40,190 nt of DNA from a virus. Taxonomy: Duplodnaviria; Heunggongvirae; Uroviricota; Caudoviricetes. The notes beneath the pieces are model-generated. The model was not told where the DNA came from and made no database searches. It saw only the letters and a list, made by a program, of their open reading frames with translations. The stretch lies in IMG/VR virus record IMGVR_UViG_2698536576_000006, positions 1 to 40,190 of that record; one strand, given 5' to 3'. Positions 26,986-37,206 of this stretch are shown piece after piece. The translations under genes were made by a program, and so were the position numbers. How positions within the stretch are numbered: the first letter of the stretch is position 1; the number at the start of each line of letters is the position of its first letter.

Positions 26986-27555
26986 ATGGCTGAACCCTTA
27001 TGCATGGCATCCTGGCACACTGCTGTGCTGGATGCCCTGAAAAAACTTAAATGGATCAATGATGCGGACACCTATCCGGAACGGGTCACGCAGCTGGTCA
27101 CTCCGGCGGTGTTTCTGGCGGTCGATGGCTGGGATGCGAAAAGCAATGCAGACGGGCAGATGACGGTGGTGTTGTCTGCCGCGTTGTGGGTACTGGTTGA
27201 CCGTGCCGGTGAGCCGGAAGAAGAAAAAAAAGAAGAACGCAAGGCGATAAAGCCGGATATTTTTATCCGTTCGGCAGCCGCCGATCTGACGCATTGGCTC
27301 GACGGGCAGACGTTCGGACTGGCAAATGTGGAGCCTGCCATTTTTATATCAGCGGACGCAGATGAAACCGATCCGCGCCTGGATGATTATCTGGTCTGGC
27401 AGATTTTATTTAACCAGACGGTGACGTTTGGTATGGATCCCTTTGCCACGGATAACCTGCCGCTACAGCGGGCCTGGCTGGGCGTGGCACCGGAGATCGG
27501 GCGACAGCATGTGGATGATTACCGGCTGATTTTTGAGGGAAAGCCACGTGAATGA
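26986..27555 (+). CDS. Hypothetical structural protein (possible tail completion protein)
   Basis: 189 aa in the structural operon, immediately before the gpV-like gene. Confidence 0.4.
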   Translation: MAEPLCMASWHTAVLDALKKLKWINDADTYPERVTQLVTPAVFLAVDGWDAKSNADGQMTVVLSAALWVLVDRAGEPEEEKKEERKAIKPDIFIRSAAADLTHWLDGQTFGLANVEPAIFISADADETDPRLDDYLVWQILFNQTVTFGMDPFATDNLPLQRAWLGVAPEIGRQHVDDYRLIFEGKPRE

Positions 27556-28168
27556 GGTTCTGGGGGATTTACAGCGTCGCCTGGCAAATATGGTCCGGCG
27601 TGGGGTGATCCACTCGGTGCGGCTGGACGGTGGTTTTCCGGAATGCCGCGTGGATCTGGGGGATATTGTGACCACCTGGCTGCCATTGTGTCAGGGTTTT
27701 GCCGGAAAAAACCGGGCAGATTTTGAGCCGTTTGCTGTGGGCGATGCGGTCACGGTACTGTCAGAGGCCGGGGAGCTGAATAACGGTCGTGTTTTTCCCG
27801 GCTGGAACACCGGTGCGGCACCGGCTCCGCAGGGCAGCGACAGTGAGCACATCACCCGTTACGGAGATGGTACTGAAATTTGCTATAACCGGGAGACGCA
27901 CTCACTGACCATTATTCTGGCGGAAGGGGGCACCTATGCCATTACCGGGAATGGTGTGCTTGACGGAAACGTCGTGATTTCAGAAAACCTGATCGTGAAC
28001 GGACGCACGATGGTTGAAGGTGAAGTGGTGGTGAAAAGTGATTTTTATGCAAAAGGCGAGGTGACGGATAAATCCGGCAGCATGAGCCGGATCCGGAAAA
28101 CGTTTAATGGACACGACCATCCCGGAGACAGTGGGGGAACCACGAAAATACCGAATCAGAAAATGTGA
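27548..28168 (+). CDS. Baseplate central spike protein (P2 gpV-like)
   Basis: C-terminal NGHDHPGDSGGTT matches the gpV HxH-PGDSGGTT spike-tip motif; N-terminus parallels gpV. Start set at GTG 27548. Confidence 0.7.
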   Translation: MNEVLGDLQRRLANMVRRGVIHSVRLDGGFPECRVDLGDIVTTWLPLCQGFAGKNRADFEPFAVGDAVTVLSEAGELNNGRVFPGWNTGAAPAPQGSDSEHITRYGDGTEICYNRETHSLTIILAEGGTYAITGNGVLDGNVVISENLIVNGRTMVEGEVVVKSDFYAKGEVTDKSGSMSRIRKTFNGHDHPGDSGGTTKIPNQKM

Positions 28169-28206
28169 CCTGCTGCGGCAGGTTTTTTTATGTCCGGAGA
28201 ATGCAA

Positions 28207-29676
28207 ATGGGGCAATTACATGGTGTGGAAACCATCGAGCTGACGACAGGCACGGTGGCAGTAACCACAATAGAGACAGCCATTATTGGTGTGGTGGGAA
28301 CCGCACCGCAGGCTGCCGGGGCTGTTGCAGCAACACTGACAGCGGGAACGCCGCTGCTGGGTAATGAGCTGACCTTTACGGCAAAAGTGGGGGGACGGAG
28401 CGGAAATACCATTACCGTTATTGCTGAACAGGCTTTACAGGCAGCAAAAGAAAAAAGTGCGGGTGCGGTTCCCACGTCAGCAAAATGGGAAAACGGAAGT
28501 CTGTTGATTTGGCTTGGATGCAGTGAAGAGGGGGCTGGTAATGCCACCGTCAGTGATGTTGTGACGGCAGTGAATGGTGCGGCGGGGGCCGGGGTGATTG
28601 CCTCCGGTAGTGGTGACGGTGTTGTGTCGCCGTTTTCCGGCACACTGAGTGGTGGCGAAGATGAACCGTTTCCGCTGAATACGCCAGTGACGATGGCGGG
28701 GACAACGGCGCTTTCACGTCTGGGGAGCGCCGGAACACTGAAGCAGGCGCTGACGGAGATTAACGACCAGCGTAACGCGCTGTCGGTGATCGTCCGGGTG
28801 GAAGAAAAAACGAATCCGGAAGAGCAGCGTGCTGCCATTCTTGCGGGGATCAGCGTGCTGTCATCGGCAAAATCCGTCACCACGTATCAGCCACGTATTG
28901 TGATCGCACCAGGATTCAGTGAAGACGATGCGGTGGGTAAGGCACTGGAAACTGTGGCCGGAAAACTGCGTGCAGTGGCGTACGTGGATTGTACTGCGGG
29001 CGCGACACTGCAGGATGTGGTGCAGCGTCGCCAGTCTTACGGTGCCCGGACTGAATTACTGCGTCCGCGTGTGCAGGTCAGTAATGCAGAGGGGCAGCTG
29101 GTGTATCGCCCGTATTCAGCGTTTGCTGCCGGACTGCGTGCCCGTATTGACTATGAAAAAGGGTGGTGGTGGAGCAAATCAAACCAGGAGGTTTACAACA
29201 TCCTCGGTGTTGAGAAGGTGGATGAATTTATCCTCGGTGAGCGCAACTGCGATGCCAACCTGCTTAATATGCAGAATATCTCCACCCTGATCCGCCGTGC
29301 CGGATTTAAACACTGGGGAAACCGGCTGTGCTCGTCCCATCCCCAGTGGCATTTTGAGTCCGTCCGCCGTACTGCGGATGTGATTGAAGACAGTATCCAG
29401 GAGGCGATGCTGGCATATGTTGACCGCCCGCTCGATCGCCAGAATGCGGATGACATTATCGGCACCATTAATGCGTATATGCGTCGTCTGGTGGCAGAAG
29501 GTGCCATCTTCGGGGGGCGGGCCTGGCTGGATCCGGAACTGAATACCGCTGAAACGCTGGCAGCCGGTGAACTGTACATCAACTATGACTTCGGCCCCAA
29601 ATCGCCGACGGAACTTATCAGCATGCGGGTGAGCGTCAACAACGAATACGGCATTAAGGAGATGACGGCAACATGA
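28207..29676 (+). CDS. Contractile tail sheath protein
   Basis: About 490 aa directly upstream of the tail tube gene with overlapping stop/start; Mu/P2-type sheath size. Start ATG 28207 after GGAGA. Confidence 0.8.
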   Translation: MGQLHGVETIELTTGTVAVTTIETAIIGVVGTAPQAAGAVAATLTAGTPLLGNELTFTAKVGGRSGNTITVIAEQALQAAKEKSAGAVPTSAKWENGSLLIWLGCSEEGAGNATVSDVVTAVNGAAGAGVIASGSGDGVVSPFSGTLSGGEDEPFPLNTPVTMAGTTALSRLGSAGTLKQALTEINDQRNALSVIVRVEEKTNPEEQRAAILAGISVLSSAKSVTTYQPRIVIAPGFSEDDAVGKALETVAGKLRAVAYVDCTAGATLQDVVQRRQSYGARTELLRPRVQVSNAEGQLVYRPYSAFAAGLRARIDYEKGWWWSKSNQEVYNILGVEKVDEFILGERNCDANLLNMQNISTLIRRAGFKHWGNRLCSSHPQWHFESVRRTADVIEDSIQEAMLAYVDRPLDRQNADDIIGTINAYMRRLVAEGAIFGGRAWLDPELNTAETLAAGELYINYDFGPKSPTELISMRVSVNNEYGIKEMTAT

Positions 29677-30179
29677 GCAGCAAAAACACATTACGCGCCT
29701 GGACTTTTTTCCGCCAGGGGGTCCGTATTCAGGGAGCGCATGAATTCACGCCACCCACGCTGTCCATTACCACCACCGATTTACGCACCGGGGCACAGGA
29801 TGCGCCAACCCCGGTTGACGACGGCATGGAGGCGCTGACCTGCCAGATTAAGTTTTATGGTCTGGATACAGATATGCTGTCCAGTCTCGGATTTGTCAGT
29901 GGCAATCGCTCCCGCTTCACGGCCTATCAGGGGTATCTGGCGAACGGCACCGCGCTGGGGACCACTGAAGAAATCGAAGGGTTTGTGAAAACGGTGACGC
30001 CGGATGCGCGCGGAAACAGCAGCCTGTCAGAAAATGCAGTGACTGTGGAAATCGCGGTGAATTATTACCGTCAGACACTGGAGGGGATCGAGCTCATTAT
30101 GATTGATACCGAGCGTTTTGAACGCCGGATCAACGGCGTGAATGTACTTGCCGGCCTGTCGGCAAAAGTGCGTCTCTGA
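29673..30179 (+). CDS. Tail tube protein
   Basis: 168 aa (P2 FII is about 172 aa) immediately after the sheath gene. Confidence 0.7.
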   Translation: MSSKNTLRAWTFFRQGVRIQGAHEFTPPTLSITTTDLRTGAQDAPTPVDDGMEALTCQIKFYGLDTDMLSSLGFVSGNRSRFTAYQGYLANGTALGTTEEIEGFVKTVTPDARGNSSLSENAVTVEIAVNYYRQTLEGIELIMIDTERFERRINGVNVLAGLSAKVRL

Positions 30180-30230
30180 TCACTGATTAACGCATAACGG
30201 CCTGCGGGCCGTTTTTTTAAGGAGCAGATT

Positions 30231-30530
30231 ATGAATATTCCGGGCGAAACCCGCACCATCACACTGTACACGCCGGTCACTCTGGGGGGCGGGGCTGTGC
30301 TGGAATGCATCACCATGCGCGAACCGCTGGTGCGCGATCGCATTGCCTTCACCAAAGACCGGGGAACAGAAGAGGAAAAAGAGGCGCGTATGATTGCGCA
30401 GCTTTGTAATCTGAGTGAGCAGGATATCTGGCTGCTGACCGCAGCGGATTATGCCCAGCTGACGGATGCCTTTAATGTTTTTATGCTGCCACCCGGGAAG
30501 CGACCGAAACCGAAATCTTCAGAGGGTTAA
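30231..30530 (+). CDS. Tail assembly chaperone (P2 gpE-like), possible frameshift partner
   Basis: 99 aa between tube and tape-measure genes. A -1 frame remains open from about 30476 to 30658, overlapping the 3' end. Confidence 0.5.
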   Translation: MNIPGETRTITLYTPVTLGGGAVLECITMREPLVRDRIAFTKDRGTEEEKEARMIAQLCNLSEQDIWLLTAADYAQLTDAFNVFMLPPGKRPKPKSSEG

Positions 30531-30632
30531 GGTTTCTCGGGCGGCGGCTGCATTTTCCTCTTTCTGATTATCTGTCCATGCCGTTCAGTGTGTTTACGGC
30601 ATTTTTACTGGATGAAGTGGAGGCAGTAAAAC

Positions 30633-32291
30633 GTGGGAAGCGTAAGCCAGAATCTTAAGGCCACCGTGTCGTTCGGGGGCAAACTGGACAGTTCGTGGCG
30701 TCGTTCGGCGACGGATCTGCGAAAAAATCTGCAGGATGTGGAGCAGCAGGCTGCACGTTTGCGTAAGGAGCAGGCAGAGCTGGCAGCAGAAATGAAACGG
30801 GCGGCGCTGGCAGGGAAACGTTTTAAGTCGATGGAGGATGAATACGCCCGGCTCACGGCTGAAATTAAGAAAGCGGATACGGCCCAGAAAAAACTGAACC
30901 GGAGCCTTGAGCGTCGTGATCGGCTCGGACGTTTTATGGGGAAGGGAAAAAGCCTGCTTGCCGGAACCGGTAAATTTGCCTGGAATGCCGGTCTGGCGAT
31001 GGGGGGCGGTGCCGTGACCACGGCACTTGGTGCGCTGATTGCTCCGGCTGCCATGAATGCGCAGACGGCTGAAACAGCGGGTAAAGCGACTGCGTATGGC
31101 GTGGATACCCGCTCGTACATGAACTGGGACGCCCTGGCAAAACAGTACGATATGACTGGCGATAATATCGGGGATCTGTTTGAGGAATACCTGCATAAGG
31201 CCGGGGAATATAAACAAAATGGCAAGCAGAGTTCTCTTTCTGACGCCTTTGAAACGCTGGGATTTAATGAGGGCGAGCTTGCCGGACTGAGTGATAAGGC
31301 GCAGTTCGAAAAAATTATCGACAGGGCGCTGTCACTGAAGGATGAATCAAAAGCATCGTTTGCGCTGGATGCGTTGTTTGGCGGTGAAGCCAGCAAGCTG
31401 CTGATGCTGATCAAACGCTCAGGAAAAAGTTTTCAGGAACTGCTGGCTGAGCAGGATAAATATAACCTGGTGACAAAAGAGGGTGTGGCTGGTGCACTTG
31501 CCGGAAACAAGGCTGTTTCTGATTTGCAGCAGGTTTTTTCTTCTGCGGTTGCAGAAATTTCCGGACAACTGGGCGCAGAGCTGGCCCCCGCCATACAACA
31601 GACAGCGGGTGACCTGGCAGAGTGGTTTAAAGGAGGAGGCATTAAAAAGGTTGTGTCTTTTCTGAGGGACACTCTGTATCCGGCAGCCCTGAAGTTTGGC
31701 GAAGGTGTCATTTTTGTCGGAAAAATCATTTTTGCGGTAGCCAAAAAACTTGCCTGGTTATTACCGGATGAACAGGGCGATCAGAAGCAGATTCTGGAGT
31801 ATGTCGGGCGTGGCGACATGACCGCTGCCCGGACAGTGGCCCGGAACAGCGGACAGGATGCGTGGCTTGACGGGCAACTGAAAAATAATCCGGATTTTGA
31901 AAAGAATATCCGTGAAAAATACAACGCCGCTAAGGGCTTTATGGGCATTGTAGATACGGATGCGTTTCATGAATCGGTGAACAGTTACCTCACGCCGGAA
32001 AAAAAGTTTGATTTTTCGTTGCCGGCAGCGCCGGCAGGATCCGCCGGAAAACATGATGATCCTTTTGCCAGTGCGGGGGCATGGCAGGCTGCCGTGCAGG
32101 CCATTCCTGTTGAGGGCGGACAGTTCGGCGCACAGCTGAATGACAACAGTGTGAAGAATTATAACTTCAACATTGTTGCGCAGCCCGGACAGAGCGAACA
32201 GGGTATTGCGGACGCCATTGCCGGAATGACGAAAAACAACCCAGCCTTCAGTGGTAATAATGCGTTGTGGGATGGAGGAAGTGTCTGGTGA
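30633..32291 (+). CDS. Tail tape measure protein
   Basis: 552 aa, Ala/Gly/Lys-rich with coiled-coil-like N-terminus, downstream of the chaperone. GTG start after GGAGG. Confidence 0.8.
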   Translation: MGSVSQNLKATVSFGGKLDSSWRRSATDLRKNLQDVEQQAARLRKEQAELAAEMKRAALAGKRFKSMEDEYARLTAEIKKADTAQKKLNRSLERRDRLGRFMGKGKSLLAGTGKFAWNAGLAMGGGAVTTALGALIAPAAMNAQTAETAGKATAYGVDTRSYMNWDALAKQYDMTGDNIGDLFEEYLHKAGEYKQNGKQSSLSDAFETLGFNEGELAGLSDKAQFEKIIDRALSLKDESKASFALDALFGGEASKLLMLIKRSGKSFQELLAEQDKYNLVTKEGVAGALAGNKAVSDLQQVFSSAVAEISGQLGAELAPAIQQTAGDLAEWFKGGGIKKVVSFLRDTLYPAALKFGEGVIFVGKIIFAVAKKLAWLLPDEQGDQKQILEYVGRGDMTAARTVARNSGQDAWLDGQLKNNPDFEKNIREKYNAAKGFMGIVDTDAFHESVNSYLTPEKKFDFSLPAAPAGSAGKHDDPFASAGAWQAAVQAIPVEGGQFGAQLNDNSVKNYNFNIVAQPGQSEQGIADAIAGMTKNNPAFSGNNALWDGGSVW

Positions 32292-32767
32292 GTGTGGGTT
32301 CGGTTATTGCTCTCGCTGAAGACAGCCTTCAGCGTGACAACAGTTATCTCCGTGGTGCTGCAGATGCCAGAGTCATGCTGATGCTGGGGGATTTCGCCTT
32401 TTCCGTGGATACCACGGCATATAACCAGCTGACCCGTGAGGCTGGGTGGACCTGGAGCGAGCAGGCGCGTATCGGGCTGCAGAGTCTGCTGCAGTACACC
32501 GGGAAAAACGGGCGAACCGTCCGCCTTGAAGGGGAATCGCACGCCTTTTTGGGGAAGTCGGGGACGGAGGCGGTGAACACGCTGTATGACCTGGCGAATA
32601 AGGCTGAGCCGCAACTGCTGGTCAGTGGAGAAGGTGATGTGCTGGGATGGTGGGTGGTGGAGCGTTTTTCTGATTCCACCGACCGCTTTTTACCTGGTGG
32701 TGGGCACCGTAACAAAAAGTGGAGTCTGGAGCTGAAACATTATGCCGACGATCTGGATAACCCGTGA
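32288..32767 (+). CDS. Tail protein (P2 gpU-like)
   Basis: About 159 aa, following the tape measure as in P2; internal MLMLGDFAFSV resembles the gpU N-terminus as recalled. Start uncertain (GTG 32267/32288/32294). Confidence 0.55.
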   Translation: MSVGSVIALAEDSLQRDNSYLRGAADARVMLMLGDFAFSVDTTAYNQLTREAGWTWSEQARIGLQSLLQYTGKNGRTVRLEGESHAFLGKSGTEAVNTLYDLANKAEPQLLVSGEGDVLGWWVVERFSDSTDRFLPGGGHRNKKWSLELKHYADDLDNP

Positions 32768-32957
32768 CGGGGATGTGCTTGATGCGATTTGCGCCACGCA
32801 TTACGGCACGGAAAATCTGTCTGCCGTGCTCACTCTTGTGCTGGAGGCCAATCATGGGCTGGCAGAGAAGGGCGCGGTGTATCCTGCGGGGATCCACATT
32901 GTGTTGCCTGAAATCACACAACAGGTGTCTGAGTCGCCATACAGTCTGTGGGATTAA
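32742..32957 (+). CDS. Tail protein X (P2 gpX-like, LysM-type)
   Basis: 71 aa; DGDVLDAICATHYG...LEANHGLAEKGAVYPAGIHIVLPE parallels P2 gpX. Confidence 0.7.
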   Translation: MPTIWITRDGDVLDAICATHYGTENLSAVLTLVLEANHGLAEKGAVYPAGIHIVLPEITQQVSESPYSLWD

Positions 32958-32965
32958 GGGAGGAG

Positions 32966-34168
32966 ATGATGACGTCATTATCCGAACAGCTGCAGGCAAT
33001 AAATGCCGCGTATCAGGAGTCCCTGAAAAGTGAGGAAAAACAGGAAACCATTGCCACGACCGTCCGGGAATTCTGCCCGGCGTATCGGGTGACAGCTGAA
33101 GGGCGGGATATCACGCGGGTGCTGGCCCGTTATCTTGTGGATATCACCCTGACGGATTACGGCGGAGCCACCGCCAAATCTGATGAACTGAAAATCACGC
33201 TGCTTTCTGAAACACTGCCCCTGCCGACAAAGGGGGCGCGTCTGCGGGTGGCGCTGGGGTTTAACGGTAATCTGGTGGACAAGGGCTGGTTTGTTGTGTG
33301 CGGCGTGAGCAGCAGCGGCCCGCCGCGGCAGATCGAGATTTATGCTACCGCTGCCCCCATGAATGCGGAAAAGCAGTCCGGTGATGTGCTGAATCAGAAA
33401 ACACGAAGCTGGGATAATCTCACGCTGGGTGATTTGGTGAAAACCGTTGCCACGGAAAACGGACTGAAGGCCTGGGTGGCGGAGAAGCTGGCGAGGATCC
33501 GCATTACTCATGTGGATCAGGTGGCAGAATCGGATGCCAGCCTGTTGTCTCGCCTTGCCCGGACGTATAACGCCGTCAGTAAACCTGCCGGAGGTTACTG
33601 GTTGTTTCTGGAGCAGGGTGCCGGAACCACCGTATCGGGCGCACCCCTGAAGACCGTGACGCTGACACCTTCCGTTGTGTCATCCTGGAGTTATCAGGAA
33701 GGTGAACGGGGGAGCTCTAGCGGCGGTGGAGATAAAAAAAAGAAGAAAGAAAAAATCACGGTTCGTTATTTTGACAAGGCTGACGGGCGAACCAAAACAG
33801 CAACCGTGGAGCATGACGGCTCGTCTGTAACCAGTCCGTACACGCAGCCGGAAAAGGAAACGGCTGAACAACAGGCAAAATCGAAAAAAACACAGGCGCA
33901 ACGTAACAGCCGGAAAATGACGCTGACAGGGCCGTGCCGTCCTTCATATGTTGCCATGACCGCCGAATCCGGCGTGGTGACATCCGGATTTGGTCAGCGG
34001 GAAGATCGCCGCTGGCTCGTGGAGTCACTGGCGTTTTCCCTCTCTTCTTCAGGCTTTACCTTCACGTTTAATCTGGTGGCTGAAATCAAAAACGCCAGTA
34101 AATCAGACAAAAAATCCGGTGATAAAACAGGGCCGGATTATTTTGGTACCGGATCAGGAAAAAAATAA
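32966..34168 (+). CDS. Tail/baseplate hub protein (P2 gpD late control D family)
   Basis: About 400 aa following gpU/gpX-like genes, as in P2. Start set at ATG 32966 after AGGGAGGAG. Confidence 0.75.
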   Translation: MMTSLSEQLQAINAAYQESLKSEEKQETIATTVREFCPAYRVTAEGRDITRVLARYLVDITLTDYGGATAKSDELKITLLSETLPLPTKGARLRVALGFNGNLVDKGWFVVCGVSSSGPPRQIEIYATAAPMNAEKQSGDVLNQKTRSWDNLTLGDLVKTVATENGLKAWVAEKLARIRITHVDQVAESDASLLSRLARTYNAVSKPAGGYWLFLEQGAGTTVSGAPLKTVTLTPSVVSSWSYQEGERGSSSGGGDKKKKKEKITVRYFDKADGRTKTATVEHDGSSVTSPYTQPEKETAEQQAKSKKTQAQRNSRKMTLTGPCRPSYVAMTAESGVVTSGFGQREDRRWLVESLAFSLSSSGFTFTFNLVAEIKNASKSDKKSGDKTGPDYFGTGSGKK

Positions 34169-34170
34169 TC

Positions 34171-34524
34171 ATGAATGGTGTGAACTGCCGGACAGGGAAG
34201 CGTCTGTCCGGTGCGGTGCATCTGCGCCAGTCAGTCAGCGATATTCTGAACACGCCAGTGGGAAGCCGTGTTCTGGTCAGGGATTACGGCAGCGATCTTT
34301 TTGAATTGCTGGACTCTCCCCGGGATGACCTGCTGAGGCTGCGCATAATTGCTGCCACGGCGACGGCGCTGGCACGCTGGGAGCCCCGGCTGAAAGTGTC
34401 AAAAGTGATCGTGACGTTTCCGGAAGATGAGGCCGGGTGCGTGGTGGATATCACGGGGACGAATACGGAAACCGGTACACAGGTATCAACAGGAGGAATA
34501 ACCGTTTATGGCAGAAAGTTATGA
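34171..34524 (+). CDS. Baseplate wedge protein (P2 gpW / T4 gp25-like)
   Basis: 117 aa; position before the baseplate J gene and GPW/gp25-like size. Confidence 0.7.
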   Translation: MNGVNCRTGKRLSGAVHLRQSVSDILNTPVGSRVLVRDYGSDLFELLDSPRDDLLRLRIIAATATALARWEPRLKVSKVIVTFPEDEAGCVVDITGTNTETGTQVSTGGITVYGRKL

Positions 34525-35413
34525 TGTGATTAATCTTTCGGATTTGCCCGTACCGGATGCCATCGTGGTGCCTGATGCGGCGGTGATTTTCGGGGCCTGG
34601 CTGGCACGTCTGCGCGAACTGGATCCTGAATTTGATGCACTGGTGGAATCCGACCCGGCTTACAAACAGGGCGAAGTGACAGCCTTTCAGCTTACCCTGG
34701 CTTTTCAGCGGGTGAATGATGCCGTGCGGGCTGTTTTTCTGGCAAGTGCACAGAAGGCCGATCTCGATCAGATTGGTGCGGCGTTCAATGTCGAACGTAT
34801 GGTGGTTGTTCCGGCAAATCCGGATGCCGTGCCTCCGACGGATGCGATTATGGAAGAGGACGATGCTTTTCGCGAACGCATCCAGCTGTCCTGGTCGCAA
34901 CTGAATACCGCAGGTGCCCGCAATGCCTATCGCTTTCATGCCCGTTCTGCTGATGAAGATGTCCTGGATGCTGATGCCTGTGGTCCGGAAGAACACGGGC
35001 GTGCGGGGGAGGTGGATGTCTACGTGTTGTCCCGTGAAGGAAATGGCACTGCCAGCGAGGCGTTGCTGGACGCGGTCAGTGCGCGGCTGAATGCTAATGA
35101 AATTCGTCCGCTGACGGATTTTGTGACGGTGAAAAGCGCCATTATTAATGACTATTCCGTGACGGCTGAGCTGGAAATACCGGACGGTCCGGATGCCGGT
35201 GAAGTGCTGGAGAATGCAAAAAACACGCTGCTGTCTTATACCCGGCTGGCAAACCGGATTAATGGCATGGTGCCGCTGTCCGCCATTTACGCCGCACTGC
35301 AACAGACCGGTGTGGCTCGGGTTATTCTGTCCAGCCCCCGGGCTGATATTGAACCGGCAACCGGTACGGCTCCCCGTTGTGCCGCTGTTAATGTGACGCG
35401 TAAAGAGGTGTGA
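34508..35413 (+). CDS. Baseplate protein J (P2 gpJ-like)
   Basis: 301 aa, overlapping its neighbours; follows the gpW-like gene and precedes the gpI-like gene. Confidence 0.85.
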   Translation: MAESYDVINLSDLPVPDAIVVPDAAVIFGAWLARLRELDPEFDALVESDPAYKQGEVTAFQLTLAFQRVNDAVRAVFLASAQKADLDQIGAAFNVERMVVVPANPDAVPPTDAIMEEDDAFRERIQLSWSQLNTAGARNAYRFHARSADEDVLDADACGPEEHGRAGEVDVYVLSREGNGTASEALLDAVSARLNANEIRPLTDFVTVKSAIINDYSVTAELEIPDGPDAGEVLENAKNTLLSYTRLANRINGMVPLSAIYAALQQTGVARVILSSPRADIEPATGTAPRCAAVNVTRKEV

Positions 35414-35970
35414 TGATGGCGGAGACATTTCGCTCACTTCTGCCGCCTTCCGCGGTCAGGCCGGAGCGGGCACAGGAGCAGGCCACAACAGAAAGCATCC
35501 TGACGCTTGATACGGATATGGTCAGAAAGGTGAAGGATCCGGATACCTGCCCGTTGCATCTGTTGCCGTGGCTGGCCTGGGAGTTTGCTGTGGATTTCTG
35601 GCAGGATGACTGGAGTGAAGAGCAGAAGCGGCAAATTTTACGTGATGCGGCATATGTGCATCAGCACCGGGGAACGGCGGGGGCAGTGCTGCGGGCGCTT
35701 GGTGCGGTTGGTGTTCCGGCGGCAATCAAAGAGTGGTGGCAGGATTCACCGCGCAAAAAACCGTACACCTTTCGTGTGGAGCTGTTTTTGCGGGAAGGCG
35801 CTGACAGTGTGCTTTACAGCCAGGTCAGGGCGCTGGTCATTAAGGCCAAGAATTTACGCAGCGGTCTGAGCACCATTGACGTAAATACGGATATCGGAAA
35901 GGAGAGCCAGTTTTATGTTGGTGGCGCGATGACTGCGCATATTGATGTGGTGATTGAGGCGGGAGAATAA
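35410..35970 (+). CDS. Tail protein I (P2 gpI-like)
   Basis: 186 aa with characteristic LLPWLAWEFAVDFW motif. Confidence 0.8.
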   Translation: MMMAETFRSLLPPSAVRPERAQEQATTESILTLDTDMVRKVKDPDTCPLHLLPWLAWEFAVDFWQDDWSEEQKRQILRDAAYVHQHRGTAGAVLRALGAVGVPAAIKEWWQDSPRKKPYTFRVELFLREGADSVLYSQVRALVIKAKNLRSGLSTIDVNTDIGKESQFYVGGAMTAHIDVVIEAGE

Positions 35971-35971
35971 C

Positions 35972-37192
35972 GTGACCACGAAACATTGCAGTATTCTGAC
36001 AAACAGGGGAAAGGCACTGGAGGCCGCGTCTGCGTCGGGTGGTGTGCCGGTGGTGCTGGACGGGTTTGTGGTGGGGGATGGAAACGGGCATGCCGTCACA
36101 CCAGAGGCAGGGCAGACGGCTCTGGTCAGGGAAGTTTATCGTGGCACTATATCACGTCTGGCGGTCTCGCCTGATCAGGAAAACCAGTTTATTGCGTATC
36201 TTGCACTGCCGGAGGGTGTGGGGGGATTTACGGTCAGGGAAGCGGGGCTGCTGACCAGCGATGGTGAACTTTATGCCGTCGGAAGTTGTGCTGCCATTGA
36301 GAAACCGGAAAACGGTGTGACAGCCACACTGCAGTTCCGCCTGGCAGTGGCTGAAAGCGCGCAGGTTACACTGAAGGTGGCAACCGGAGATGGCCTGTTT
36401 CTGCGACAGGACAGGAATCTTTCGGATGTGGAAGACAGGGATGAGTCTGTTGAAAACCTCGGATTAAAACCCACGGTGGACAAGGCAAAAAATTCCGTTC
36501 AGCGTGATGGCGACAACATGACCGGGGAGCTGAAAATCCGTGGTGTTAATGCGCTGAGGATTTTCAACGACGCTTTTGGCCTGATTTTTCGTCGTTCGGA
36601 AGAGAGCCTGCATCTCATTCCCACCCAGGAAAACCAGGGTGAAAACGGCGATATTGGCCCACTGCGACCGTTCAGCATTAACCTGCGGACGGGTGAAATA
36701 TCCATGTCGCATAAAGTGTCTGTTGGCGGCGGTTCGCAGGTCAATGGTGCACTTGGTATCGGAGTTCAGAACGCGCTGGGCGGAAACTCAATTGCTTTCG
36801 GGGATAACGATACCGGCCTGAAACAGAATGGTGACGGCCTGCTGGATGTTTATGCCAATGGTCAGCACGTATTCCGTTTTCAGAATGGCGCGTTACAAAG
36901 TAACCGGGCAGTGAATGTTTCAGGGCGGGTAACACCAACTGATTATGGCAATTTCGATGAACGCTACCAGACCAAAACAGGCGGCGTGCAGAATTTTCAG
37001 TACACCAGTGAGGTGTTTTACAACCCGGGAGGGAACGAGCTCAGCTGGACGTTCCGCGCACCGCCTGGCTGCACTCTGTCCGGTATTGTGGTTCAGGAAA
37101 CCGGCAGTAGCTCTGCGGATAATATCGGTGGTGTGTATTACAAACAGGCCCAGATTTATATAAATGGCGCATGGCGCTCTGTATCAGGTTAA
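35972..37192 (+). CDS. Tail fiber protein (short P2 gpH-like)
   Basis: N-terminus (VVLDGFVVGDGNG...EAGQTALVREVYRG...PEGVGGFTVREAGL) and C-terminus (NALGGNSIAFGDNDTGLKQNGDGLLDVYANGQHVFRFQNG...YINGAWRSV) both parallel P2 gpH. GTG start 35972 after GGGAGA. Confidence 0.8.
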   Translation: MTTKHCSILTNRGKALEAASASGGVPVVLDGFVVGDGNGHAVTPEAGQTALVREVYRGTISRLAVSPDQENQFIAYLALPEGVGGFTVREAGLLTSDGELYAVGSCAAIEKPENGVTATLQFRLAVAESAQVTLKVATGDGLFLRQDRNLSDVEDRDESVENLGLKPTVDKAKNSVQRDGDNMTGELKIRGVNALRIFNDAFGLIFRRSEESLHLIPTQENQGENGDIGPLRPFSINLRTGEISMSHKVSVGGGSQVNGALGIGVQNALGGNSIAFGDNDTGLKQNGDGLLDVYANGQHVFRFQNGALQSNRAVNVSGRVTPTDYGNFDERYQTKTGGVQNFQYTSEVFYNPGGNELSWTFRAPPGCTLSGIVVQETGSSSADNIGGVYYKQAQIYINGAWRSVSG

Positions 37193-37206
37193 TCAGGGAG
37201 AAAATA

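Noticed and set aside
28188-28883. 231-aa minus-strand ORF
   Set aside because: Antisense to the tail sheath gene, Pro/Ala/Ser-rich low-complexity product; the plus-strand gene has clear synteny support.
30605-31414. 269-aa minus-strand ORF (Ser/Ala-rich)
   Set aside because: Lies entirely antisense within the tape-measure gene; composition is typical of a GC-rich antisense frame; no RBS or neighbouring minus-strand genes.
34451-35437. 328-aa minus-strand ORF
   Set aside because: Completely overlaps the baseplate J gene on the opposite strand; Arg/Gly/His-rich artefact-like composition.
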